DNA of 64,000 nt from a virus (Duplodnaviria > Caudoviricetes). Positions 19,558-28,690 of this stretch are shown piece by piece; the first letter of the stretch is position 1, and every line of letters begins with the position of its first letter. The notes below the pieces were generated by a model. It was not told the DNA's origin, did no database searches, and worked only from the letters and a program-made list of their open reading frames with translations. Location: positions 311 through 64,310 of the IMG/VR virus record IMGVR_UViG_3300047440_000434; one strand, 5' to 3'. The position numbers and the translations under genes are program-made.

Positions 19558-22512
19558 ATGCTCGTCATCCGCGTCGATAAAGAAACACCCGACATCACAC
19601 GGATCGTCGTGGATATGGCGTGGTGGCTGGACCCGAACGAACACATTACCCAGATCGTTTCGGCTGAAGTCATCGAGGGAATGTCGGGTTGGTCGGAAGC
19701 CCCCTATCCGCCGCCCGACAGTCCGCCGCCCTACGACCCGACGCCGCTCATCCTGAACAGCGTGGCGCTGGACGCCACGCAGCGGCTGCTCATCATGTTC
19801 GTCGAGTTCGGCACGGCTGGGCTGGCCTACACGGTGCAGTTCATCGTGGATGGCACGTCCGCGCGCCGGGTCACGTTCGAGGTAGGCGTCCAGATCACGG
19901 GCGTGCCGCCGGAACAGCCCATGCCGCTGCCCCCGCCACCCCTGGGGCCGGGCATAAATCCCCTGGATTGGTATCTGCCGCTCAAGGGCGGCAAGATGGA
20001 GGGGCCGCTCTACCTGTTCCGCAATCCCCGGTATCCGACCGAGGCGGTCACCAAACACTACGTCGATGGTATGTCCTGGGTGTCGGGACCCTACATGCCC
20101 GAGGCCGGGGGCGAGTTCACCGGCCCCGTGAGCATGGGCGAGAGCACGCTGACGCTCGCGCCGGACGGGCCGTGGGAACCACTGGACGCCGCCAGCAAGC
20201 AATACGTGGACGGGCTGATTGGGACGATGACCCTGCCCTATCTACCATTGTCCGGCGGCACGATGGGCGGCTTGCTCACCCTCGCGGTCGAGCCGCTCGA
20301 CCCCATGGACGCGGCGACCAAGGGCTACGTCGATACGCAGATCGGCGGCGAGAACATCGTCATCAGCGTCAATGGCCGCACGGGCGCGATTGTCCTGCAC
20401 GAGCAGGACATCTCCGACGCGGGTGGCGCGCTGCTGGACAGCCCGACGTTCTTTGGCACGCCGCACGCGCCCACGGCGTTACCGGGGACCAAGACCACGC
20501 AGCTGGCCACGACGGAGTTCGTCGACGCGGCGGTGGTGCTGTCTACTACGGGAGTAACCAGCTTCAACACCCGCACGGGGGCGGTGGCGCTGACCCTGAT
20601 CGACGTGACGTCCGTGGGCGGTGCGCCGCTCGCGAACCCGACGTTCACGGGCAACCCCTCCGCGCCGACGCCGCCGCCGGGGGACAACGATACGTCCATC
20701 GCGACCACGGCGTTCGTCACGAGCGCCATCGTCGCCAACACGACGGCCAACGTGACGAGCTTCAACACCCGTCAGGGCGCGGTCGTGCTGACCAGCGCCG
20801 ACGTGGCGGCGGTCGGTGCCGCACCGCTGGCCAGCCCGGTGTTCACGGGCGACCCTCGGGCACCCACGCCCTTGCTGGGCGACAACGATACCTCCATCGC
20901 CACCACCGCGTTCGTGCAGGGCGTGGTTGGTTCGCTGGCCCTCGGCTTCGTCACCAGCTTCAACACCCGCACGGGAGCGATCACGTTCACCGCCGCCGAT
21001 CTGACGAGCGTGGGCGGCGCGTTGCTGGCGAGCCCGGTGTTCACGGGCAATCCCCAGGCCCCCACCCCATCGGCGGGAGACAACGACACCACCATCGCCA
21101 CCACGGCGTTCGTGACCAGCGCGGTCGCGGCGGTTTCCACGGGCGCGTATCTGCCTCTCACGGGCGGCACGCTCGCGGGGCCGGGCAACCTGACAGCCCA
21201 GGGGTTCGTCAAGGCGCAGCTTGTCACGGCGGAGATGGCGAACGGCTACCCGCAATACATATTCAGCAATACGGCGGGCGGCACGAACGCTAAGCAAGCC
21301 TCGATTTACATGGGCCCCGACGGCAACATCACAGGGCAGTTCATCGACGACTCGGGCACCGTGGGTAACGCGTTCCTACAGGCCAGCCGTAGCGGAGCCA
21401 GCGTCGCGACACTGGCGCTCAGCGCGCCGAATATATACCTCAACGGCGCGTCGCAGATCAGCGGCGGTGCCGTCGTGCTCGGCGCGATGCAGGTCAACGG
21501 CGTCTTCAACGGTCGTGGCAACATCATATCGGTCGGCGGCGGTAACAACTTCCTGGGCTCGCACCACGAGGGCAGTTCCTGCGTTGGTTTCTGGAACGCG
21601 GCCAACGTGTTCTATTTCGGCAACGCCGATGGCAATGGCATCGTGCAGCCCAACCCGCGCGTGACCATCGACACGGCCAGCAACGTCTGGGTGAACAACG
21701 GCGGTGCCCTCACCGCCGGTTACGTGCGCTCGACCGGCACCGTACAGGCGGACGGCTCGGTCAACGCCAACGGGAATGTTTCCGGGTCCACCATCTCATG
21801 CGCTGGCCGGGCCACGCTCAACGATATCATGTGTAGTTCTGGTGTGTTTCGCGTCGCCAACAACGACAATTACTACATGAACCGGGGCACCGACGGGACG
21901 TGGAACTGGGTCGAGGGCGGCATCATCAACATGTCCGTGGACGCATCCGGGTCCATAAGCGCCCGTAACGTCATCACGGCGGGGACCAACTGCAACGCCG
22001 TCGGCGGTCAGATGGTCATGGGCTACGGCGGCAACGGTCGTGTCTTACAGTTCAGCCCCAGCTGGTACATCGACTGGAACATCAGCAGCGGTACTTTCTC
22101 GTTCATGCACCCCAGCTTCGCGGCGGGGACCTGGATCGTCTACGCCGACGGGCGCTGCTTCAACAACGTCGCCGATGTCGGCGGGCATGGCCCCTACGTC
22201 GATTACTCCGACGAGCGCGCCAAACATGGTATCGGCTCAACCGGCGTGGGGCTGGCCGAGGTCCTGAAGATCAAACCGATCCGCTTCCGGCGCATCGGCG
22301 ATCAGTTCAAGGACCGCGAGGAGATCGGTTTCAGCGCGCAACAGCTTCGGAGCGTGATCCCCGAAGCGGTGACGGAGTTCCCGTTCACCCTGCCGGACGA
22401 CGCGGGCGATGACCCGGCGCTCGGCATGGTGACGACGCCCATCGTCGCGGCCCTGGTCAACGCGGTGAAAGAACTGCAGGAGCAGATCCACCAACTAAGG
22501 AAACACAAATGA
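19558..22512 (+). CDS. Tail fibre 3 with S74 chaperone
   Basis: Four repeats of the type VTSFNTRTGA...SPxFTGxPxAPT...ATTAFV; YSDERAKHGI...IGFSAQQL. Confidence 0.85.
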   Translation: MLVIRVDKETPDITRIVVDMAWWLDPNEHITQIVSAEVIEGMSGWSEAPYPPPDSPPPYDPTPLILNSVALDATQRLLIMFVEFGTAGLAYTVQFIVDGTSARRVTFEVGVQITGVPPEQPMPLPPPPLGPGINPLDWYLPLKGGKMEGPLYLFRNPRYPTEAVTKHYVDGMSWVSGPYMPEAGGEFTGPVSMGESTLTLAPDGPWEPLDAASKQYVDGLIGTMTLPYLPLSGGTMGGLLTLAVEPLDPMDAATKGYVDTQIGGENIVISVNGRTGAIVLHEQDISDAGGALLDSPTFFGTPHAPTALPGTKTTQLATTEFVDAAVVLSTTGVTSFNTRTGAVALTLIDVTSVGGAPLANPTFTGNPSAPTPPPGDNDTSIATTAFVTSAIVANTTANVTSFNTRQGAVVLTSADVAAVGAAPLASPVFTGDPRAPTPLLGDNDTSIATTAFVQGVVGSLALGFVTSFNTRTGAITFTAADLTSVGGALLASPVFTGNPQAPTPSAGDNDTTIATTAFVTSAVAAVSTGAYLPLTGGTLAGPGNLTAQGFVKAQLVTAEMANGYPQYIFSNTAGGTNAKQASIYMGPDGNITGQFIDDSGTVGNAFLQASRSGASVATLALSAPNIYLNGASQISGGAVVLGAMQVNGVFNGRGNIISVGGGNNFLGSHHEGSSCVGFWNAANVFYFGNADGNGIVQPNPRVTIDTASNVWVNNGGALTAGYVRSTGTVQADGSVNANGNVSGSTISCAGRATLNDIMCSSGVFRVANNDNYYMNRGTDGTWNWVEGGIINMSVDASGSISARNVITAGTNCNAVGGQMVMGYGGNGRVLQFSPSWYIDWNISSGTFSFMHPSFAAGTWIVYADGRCFNNVADVGGHGPYVDYSDERAKHGIGSTGVGLAEVLKIKPIRFRRIGDQFKDREEIGFSAQQLRSVIPEAVTEFPFTLPDDAGDDPALGMVTTPIVAALVNAVKELQEQIHQLRKHK

Positions 22513-22715
22513 GCAAGATCGGACCCCGGAACGTCAATCCCAGTTCGAAAGGAAGCTCGCCCACGCATGTCGTGGCGGGCGGGCCGGGACACAGCTTCGC
22601 GCAGCAACCCATTCCCGGCCCCACTTCGACGGGCCAGCCCAAGTCGATGAAGAAAGCCTTGTCGAAGAGCCCCCAGCGGGGCATGGCCACCGGCTTCCCC
22701 GGCAAAGTTCGTTGA
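22509..22715 (+). CDS. Small basic protein
   Basis: AGGA SD, ATGA coupling. Confidence 0.55.
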   Translation: MSKIGPRNVNPSSKGSSPTHVVAGGPGHSFAQQPIPGPTSTGQPKSMKKALSKSPQRGMATGFPGKVR

Positions 22716-22728
22716 AAGGATAAGCACA

Positions 22729-23064
22729 ATGCCCTCGTTCCTCTTCCCCAACGGGACGTTCTACGCCGACAACAACGTGGCACCGTTGATGGCGGCACCG
22801 GCTTCCGGCGCGGTCATCTCCATGACCGGTCCGAGCCTTTACCTGACCCCTCTGGCCACCCTCGCCACGCTGACCATCAAGCTCCCGATGAGCCCCAAGA
22901 TCGGGCAACAGGCGATCATCATGTCCTCGGCGGCGGTGACCGCGCTGACCGTGCAGACGTCCGCTGGTGCCGCTATCCCCGGCTCGCCCACCGCGCTGGT
23001 GGCGAACACCAAGGTCATCATGCAGTTCATGGGCGGGGCCACGGGCTGGATCTGGGCGAAGTAG
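22729..23064 (+). CDS. Hypothetical virion protein, paralog A
   Basis: AAGGA SD; similar over its full length to 23065-23403. Confidence 0.75.
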   Translation: MPSFLFPNGTFYADNNVAPLMAAPASGAVISMTGPSLYLTPLATLATLTIKLPMSPKIGQQAIIMSSAAVTALTVQTSAGAAIPGSPTALVANTKVIMQFMGGATGWIWAK

Positions 23065-23403
23065 TTGCCGTCGTTCCTACACGCTAACGGCACGTTCTTT
23101 CCCGATGGGGGGATCGCGCCGCAACGTATGTCGCCCGGCAACGCCACGACTATTCGTATGTCCGCGCCCAGTCTCTACCTGACGCCCGCCGGTCCAGTGG
23201 GGGGTATCATGATTTCGTTGCCGCGCCCCGCCGGACCGGGTGCGACGGCGACGATCCTTTCCTCGCAGCCCATCGCCGCGCTCGTCCTGGTGGCGTTCGA
23301 CATGGGCATACTGACCGGCGTGCCCACGGCTTTGGTGCCCAACACCAAGGTCGTGATGCAGTATATGGGCGGTAGCAACCTGAACTGGGTATGGGTGAAA
23401 TAA
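23065..23403 (+). CDS. Hypothetical virion protein, paralog B
   Basis: PSFL.NGTF...PSLYLTP...PTALV.NTKV.MQ.MGG shared with paralog A; TTG start directly after TAG. Confidence 0.7.
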   Translation: MPSFLHANGTFFPDGGIAPQRMSPGNATTIRMSAPSLYLTPAGPVGGIMISLPRPAGPGATATILSSQPIAALVLVAFDMGILTGVPTALVPNTKVVMQYMGGSNLNWVWVK

Positions 23404-23407
23404 TCAG

Positions 23408-25186
23408 GTGGTATCACTGGCGGTAAAGGATTTCGGCGGCGAGATACCAAGGCGGGGGCCCAGGCTCCTGCCCGACAACATGGCCGTCGAAGCCGTCAAC
23501 ACCGATCTGGCGAGCGGACCGCTGGATGGGCTGCCGCAGCCCAAGCCGATCATCGACCTGTCGGGTTCGGCCCCGTGGGAGGTGCGCCGGGCGTATCGGA
23601 TGCCCGGCCCCGTCGAGGGCCAGCCGGACGTATGGTTGCCCCTGCCGAGCGAGTTCTCCTCGGTGTGCCGGTCGCCGCTGGCCAACGATACGCTGCACCG
23701 GATCTTCTGGACCAACCCGCCCGGCTCGCCGGACGCGGGGGCGTGGTGGAACACCTACGAGCGCCTCGCGGCGGGCGGCACCGGGGGCAATGCCCACTGG
23801 AACATGGGGTTTCTCCCACCCGACATATCCGCCGGGGCCGCGCCGGTCATCTCGTCGGTAACCGGCGGGACGCCCGACATACCGCTGGTGGAACGGTCTT
23901 ACGTCTATACCTTCATCGACACCTACGGCACCGAGAGTTCGCCGTCCGCGCCGTCGAACGTGATGGCCGGGACTTCCGACGGGGTGTGGCACATCACCAA
24001 CCTGCCAGCGACCGCGCCGCCCATGCCCGCTGGCAAGGTCTACCCGCCGCCGACCAGGACGCGCCTGTACCGAACGCTGACCGCCGCCACGCAAGGCGCG
24101 CAGTTCTACTTCGTCGTCGACCTGCCCTTTGGGACGACGGCCTACGACGACGTGCTCCCCGATACGACGGTAGTAAACAACAACACGCTGCTCAGCGTGA
24201 GTTTCGCGCCCCCGGTGGACGGGCTGGATGGGCTGCTGTCCATGGCCGGTGGCATGATGGTGGGGTTCACCCGGAACACCGTGCACTTTTGCGAGCCCGA
24301 CCGGCCCAACGCGTGGCCCGCCGGATACGACCAGAGCCTGATGTATCAGATCGTCGCCCTGGGCGTGTGGCAGCAGCAACTGATCGTGCTCACCCACGGG
24401 TTCCCCAGCACCGGGGTGGGCAACCGCCCCGACCAGTTCACCTTCTCGCAGATCCAGACAGCCGAGCCCTGCGTCGCGCGCGGATCGGTGGTCACCGATC
24501 TGGCCGGGGTTTATTACGCTTCCCCAAATGGGCTGGTGGCGATCAACTACTACGGGATGCAGAACCAGACCCTGAGCAATATGACGCGTGAGATCTGGGC
24601 CAACGTGTATAACGCGACCAAGATCATCGCCGCCCGGCACCGCGCGCAATACCTCGCGATCAACGATACCGGCGAGGGCTTTATCATTGATTATTCAGAA
24701 CAACGCATGGGCATCATCCATGTCTCGCCCTTCGCGGATATCGTCTGCGTGTGGAACGATGTTTTCACTGGCGACACCTACATGATCGGCGACGGACGGG
24801 TTTACCAATGGGACGCGGTTGATACGCCGTCACTGACCTACCGGTGGGTGTCACGGGAGTTCTACTTTCCCGCCCCCGTGTCACTGGGCGCATGTCAGGT
24901 GGCGCTCGATCCGAGCGTGGTCGACGCCGCGCCGCCGCGCATCCTGCCGCCCGCCGACGTGGTGGACCCCACCCTGATCCTGCCCAACGGTGTCAACGCG
25001 CTCTTGCGGCTTTACGTGGGCACGCCCGCCGAACTGGTGCACGAGGAGTGGCTCCAGAAGGAACAGTGCATCTTCCGGTTTCCCTCCGGTCGTAAAGCCT
25101 TCAACTGGCAGTTCGAGATTGTCTCACGGGTGCCCATCCACTCGGTCGAGATGGCGTCCACGATGCGGGAACTGAAGGGTGTCTAG
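23408..25186 (+). CDS. Tail nozzle / stabilisation protein
   Basis: DFGGEIPR...LLPDNMAVEAVN start; ERSYVYTF, FCEPDRPNAWP, YASPNGLV motifs of podovirus nozzle proteins. Confidence 0.75.
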   Translation: MVSLAVKDFGGEIPRRGPRLLPDNMAVEAVNTDLASGPLDGLPQPKPIIDLSGSAPWEVRRAYRMPGPVEGQPDVWLPLPSEFSSVCRSPLANDTLHRIFWTNPPGSPDAGAWWNTYERLAAGGTGGNAHWNMGFLPPDISAGAAPVISSVTGGTPDIPLVERSYVYTFIDTYGTESSPSAPSNVMAGTSDGVWHITNLPATAPPMPAGKVYPPPTRTRLYRTLTAATQGAQFYFVVDLPFGTTAYDDVLPDTTVVNNNTLLSVSFAPPVDGLDGLLSMAGGMMVGFTRNTVHFCEPDRPNAWPAGYDQSLMYQIVALGVWQQQLIVLTHGFPSTGVGNRPDQFTFSQIQTAEPCVARGSVVTDLAGVYYASPNGLVAINYYGMQNQTLSNMTREIWANVYNATKIIAARHRAQYLAINDTGEGFIIDYSEQRMGIIHVSPFADIVCVWNDVFTGDTYMIGDGRVYQWDAVDTPSLTYRWVSREFYFPAPVSLGACQVALDPSVVDAAPPRILPPADVVDPTLILPNGVNALLRLYVGTPAELVHEEWLQKEQCIFRFPSGRKAFNWQFEIVSRVPIHSVEMASTMRELKGV

Positions 25187-25958
25187 GAACCCCAACGTCC
25201 CGCCGGTCCCGCTGCCGCTGGCCGATATCAATTCCCTCGTGGCATCCGTCACGCAGATGCGTCAGGGCGTGGAGTCTCTCGGCGGGCTGCGCGGCGACGA
25301 CCTGGATCGCGCGGCCACGCTGCGCGAACTGAAGATGGCCACTGGCGAGGCCAGCAACCAGGGCCCGCCTGGGCTGACCGGCCCGCCTGGGCAGTCCGGC
25401 CCGGCTGGTCCGGCTGGGCCCGCTGGTCCGGCTGGCGCACCGGGAACACCGGGCACCCCAGGCGCGGCTGGTCCGCCGGGACCCGCTGGCGAGGACTTCA
25501 GCGGCGGCGGCGAGATGACCGGGCCGTTGACCGTGATCATCACACCGCCGATCACCGAGACCTACGGCATCGCCGTGGAGGGGGTCGTGGTCACGCAGCC
25601 GGGGCTCGCCGACGGTTACGCGGTGAACCCCCTGGGCGTCGGCGTGCACTGGCAGAACGGCTTCGTCTCGACCGACAACGCCTCGGTCAACGGGCTGGCG
25701 CTGGGCTACCAGGGCTTCACCTCGGGCAACAACCGGTCGAGCCAGCCGATCATCCTGTACAACAGCGATGCCGCCGGGCTGCGCCACCCCATCACCATTC
25801 AGGCGCGCGGCAGTAATCAACTGGCGATTTTCGGCGACACGCCGCTCAATGTGCAGATCACGGGCGATTTGCACGTCAGCGGCACCATCGGCAAGGTCGC
25901 CGAGCTTGAGGAGCGCATCGCGCTGCTGGAGCTACGTCTGACGGATGCCGGGCTATGA
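25179..25958 (+). CDS. Collagen-containing minor tail protein
   Basis: GPAGPA run at about 25361-25490; C-terminal coiled coil. Confidence 0.65.
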   Translation: MSRNPNVPPVPLPLADINSLVASVTQMRQGVESLGGLRGDDLDRAATLRELKMATGEASNQGPPGLTGPPGQSGPAGPAGPAGPAGAPGTPGTPGAAGPPGPAGEDFSGGGEMTGPLTVIITPPITETYGIAVEGVVVTQPGLADGYAVNPLGVGVHWQNGFVSTDNASVNGLALGYQGFTSGNNRSSQPIILYNSDAAGLRHPITIQARGSNQLAIFGDTPLNVQITGDLHVSGTIGKVAELEERIALLELRLTDAGL

Positions 25959-26416
25959 GAGAGATCAGGATCGACCACATCCCCGACGGCGAGTGGGTCA
26001 TGACCCGCGTGGGCGGGATCTACAACGAGAAGACCGATCACGTCGTGGCGATGCACCAGAACGGCAGGATCGCCGGGGGGCTGGTATATACTGGGTATCT
26101 GGGCGCTTCGATCATGATGCACTCGGCGGGGACCGAGGGTAACTGGGTCACCAAGGACTTCCTCTGGATGATCTTCCATTACGCGTTCGTTCAGTTGGGA
26201 TGCCGTAAGGTTCTCGGCCTCGTCCAGTCGTCCAACGCCCGCGCCCTGTCGATCAACATGCGGCTTGGGTTCATCCCCGCCGCGCGCATCCCCGAGACTT
26301 ACGTGGATGGGTCCGACCTGATCATCCTGACCATGGACAAAGCTCAGTGTAAGTGGCTCGCCATGACACCGGATAAATACCGTAGTAACACGCCTGACCT
26401 GTCGGAGTTTGTGTAA
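25955..26416 (+). CDS. GNAT-family acetyltransferase-like protein
   Basis: YAFVQLGCRKVLGLVQSSNARALSINMRLGF (RimJ/DUF2824-like). Confidence 0.8.
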   Translation: MREIRIDHIPDGEWVMTRVGGIYNEKTDHVVAMHQNGRIAGGLVYTGYLGASIMMHSAGTEGNWVTKDFLWMIFHYAFVQLGCRKVLGLVQSSNARALSINMRLGFIPAARIPETYVDGSDLIILTMDKAQCKWLAMTPDKYRSNTPDLSEFV

Positions 26417-27282
26417 TGGGTGGTAAAGGTAGCGCACCGCCGCCTCCCGATTATTCGGCGATGGCGCAGTCGTCCACGGACTCGGCGAAGATCTACGCGG
26501 ACGTGTCCCAGCAGCAACTCGACTGGGCCAAGGAGCAATACAAGGATCAGGCTCCGCAGACCAAGCAGTTCATGGACGAGGCGCTGGCGTCGTCGAAACA
26601 ATCCAGGGCCGCGCAGGACGAGCAACTCGACAACGCGCGTAAATCGCAACAGTTCTACGAAAGCACCTACCAGCCCATCGAGTCCCGGCTGGCCAAGGAA
26701 GCCACGGATTATAACTCCCCCGCGCGTGCCAATCAGGCGTCGGCCATGGCGCAGGGCGACGTGGCCACGGCGTTCTCGGGCCAGCGCGCCGCCGCCCTGC
26801 AAACCCTGGAGGGGTTCAATATCGACCCCAGCCAAACGCGTTACGGCGCGCTGGACCTGGGCACGCGGATCTCCCAGGCGGCTGCCCAGGCCAGCGCGGG
26901 CACGCAGTCACGGCTGCAGTCCGAGGCGGTGGGACGCGGGCTGGAGACCCAGGCGGCGAACATGGGGCGCGGCTACGCCGGGCAGGTGGTCAGCCAGTAT
27001 GGCGGGTCCACGGGCGCTGGCACCGCCGCCACCGGCCAGGGGGGCGCGGGCATCAACGCCGGGATCAACACATCCAACGTGTACGGGTCCATGATGGGCA
27101 ACCCGACGCAATGGGCGAGCATGTCGAACACCGCGTCGAACTCGGCCATGAACGCCACGAATACCGGCTACCAGAACCAAATGGCCGGGTTCAACGCCAA
27201 CGCGGCCATCGCGCAGAACACCACGTCGGGCATCGGCAGCATGGTCGGTGCCGCCGCTGGCGTCGCGGCCATCGCGATATGA
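26416..27282 (+). CDS. DNA ejection / internal virion protein
   Basis: MGGKGSAPPPPDY N-terminus; Ala/Gly/Gln-rich; hydrophobic C-end. Confidence 0.75.
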   Translation: MGGKGSAPPPPDYSAMAQSSTDSAKIYADVSQQQLDWAKEQYKDQAPQTKQFMDEALASSKQSRAAQDEQLDNARKSQQFYESTYQPIESRLAKEATDYNSPARANQASAMAQGDVATAFSGQRAAALQTLEGFNIDPSQTRYGALDLGTRISQAAAQASAGTQSRLQSEAVGRGLETQAANMGRGYAGQVVSQYGGSTGAGTAATGQGGAGINAGINTSNVYGSMMGNPTQWASMSNTASNSAMNATNTGYQNQMAGFNANAAIAQNTTSGIGSMVGAAAGVAAIAI

Positions 27283-27956
27283 TCGACCAGAACAAGCTCA
27301 ACGAGGCATCCGAACAGGCGCACAAAACCGGCTTACGGGTGCTGCAGGGTTTCCGCCTGGACACCACCGACCAGGGCCACGTCATGGCGTTGCTCCACCA
27401 CATGAACCCCGGTCAGGGCACCAAGTGGGTGGATGTAGGATGCGGCTTCGGCGAGCCCGCCAAGCTGATGAAAGAGCTACGGCCCGACCTGCTGTTCTGG
27501 CTGGTGAACAACAACACGTTCCAGCTGTCGAAATGTCCCACCGACATGCCGACGTTCTGCTGCGACATGAACGAGATGCCCTTTGATCGTGAAGAGTTCG
27601 ACGGGGCGATGTTCCTTTATTCGCTGTGCCACACGGACGATTTCGTCATCACGTTGCGTGAGGCGGCGCGCGTGGTGCGACCGGGCGGCAAGCTGTTCGT
27701 CTACGACTACGTTCGTTTCGAGGGCGACGACCAGCTGTCCATGGACCACCTGAACGCGCGGTTCATCCCCTTCGACATGCTGCGCGCCGTGGCCAGGGCG
27801 GGCGACTGGGAGTTCGAGTCGTTCGTGTTACCCCGAGGCAGCGACGCGATCTTCCGGTCCGTCATGCCGAACCAGTATTTATACGCGCAGATCTTCAGGG
27901 GGCTCCGTCCGATCATATGGAAAGCGACTCGAACGGGATGGCTTCCCAAGGCATGA
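27279..27956 (+). CDS. Class I SAM-dependent methyltransferase
   Basis: WVDVGCGFG motif I; MPFDREEFDGAMFLYSLCH; RVVRPGGKLFVYD; ATGA coupling at both ends. Confidence 0.85.
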   Translation: MIDQNKLNEASEQAHKTGLRVLQGFRLDTTDQGHVMALLHHMNPGQGTKWVDVGCGFGEPAKLMKELRPDLLFWLVNNNTFQLSKCPTDMPTFCCDMNEMPFDREEFDGAMFLYSLCHTDDFVITLREAARVVRPGGKLFVYDYVRFEGDDQLSMDHLNARFIPFDMLRAVARAGDWEFESFVLPRGSDAIFRSVMPNQYLYAQIFRGLRPIIWKATRTGWLPKA

Positions 27957-28690
27957 TCGACCTCGCGCCCTTGTTGCGGCACGCCCCCGGCAAGCGCGCC
28001 CTGTCGTTCTCCGGTGGCAAGGACTCGATGGCGGTCGTGGAGTTACTACGGGAGTATCTCGATGAGATCACGATCTACCATCTCGATACGGGTGACCTGC
28101 TGCCCGAGATGCGCGAAAGCGTTGCGCGCGTGGAAGCGTTCGCGCCTCACTTCGTTCGTGTTCAGACGGACGTATCGGCGTGGATCGCCGTTCATGGATT
28201 GCCGACAGACCTGCTCCCTTTCCACAGCCACGCTGTCGGGCATCACCTTGGACAAGCTACCGCTCACTTGGTCGGGCGTTACGACTGCTGTTACGCGAAC
28301 CTGATGTGGCCGTTATTCGAGCGCGTCTACAAAGACGGCTGCTCGTTGTTGATACGCGGCACCAAGCGGGTGGACATGCCCCGGTTGCCAGCCGAGGACG
28401 GCACGGTCGCCGACGGGGTGGAACTCTGGTATCCGCTGTTGAACTGGTCGAACGATCAGGTGTTCGCCTATCTCGGGGAGCGCGATGTACCGCTCCCGCG
28501 TGTCTATGATTATGTAACGAACTCGCCCGAGTGCGCGCGTTGTTCCGCGTGGTGGGGTGAGGGGCGATCCGCCTACCTGAAGAAATACCACCCGGAACTA
28601 TGGGCTCAGTACGACGCGCGGCTGCAGGTGATCATCGACGCCGTGGCACCGTCGCTGGCCCTGCTCCGACAAGAAGCGGGGATAACGTAG
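27953..28690 (+). CDS. PAPS/APS-reductase-family (PP-loop) protein
   Basis: SFSGGKDS, LDTG, CC pair, YPLLNWS, CxxC (CARC); lacks the C-terminal ECGLH motif. Confidence 0.85.
   Translation: MIDLAPLLRHAPGKRALSFSGGKDSMAVVELLREYLDEITIYHLDTGDLLPEMRESVARVEAFAPHFVRVQTDVSAWIAVHGLPTDLLPFHSHAVGHHLGQATAHLVGRYDCCYANLMWPLFERVYKDGCSLLIRGTKRVDMPRLPAEDGTVADGVELWYPLLNWSNDQVFAYLGERDVPLPRVYDYVTNSPECARCSAWWGEGRSAYLKKYHPELWAQYDARLQVIIDAVAPSLALLRQEAGIT

Noticed and set aside
9824-22512. Diversity-generating retroelement acting on tail fibres
   Set aside because: No reverse transcriptase gene, and no TR/VR pair differing only at adenines was seen
27953-28690. Sulfur-assimilation auxiliary metabolic gene (cysH)
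   Set aside because: Lacks the catalytic C-terminal ECGLH motif and sits among virion genes; kept only as a PP-loop family protein
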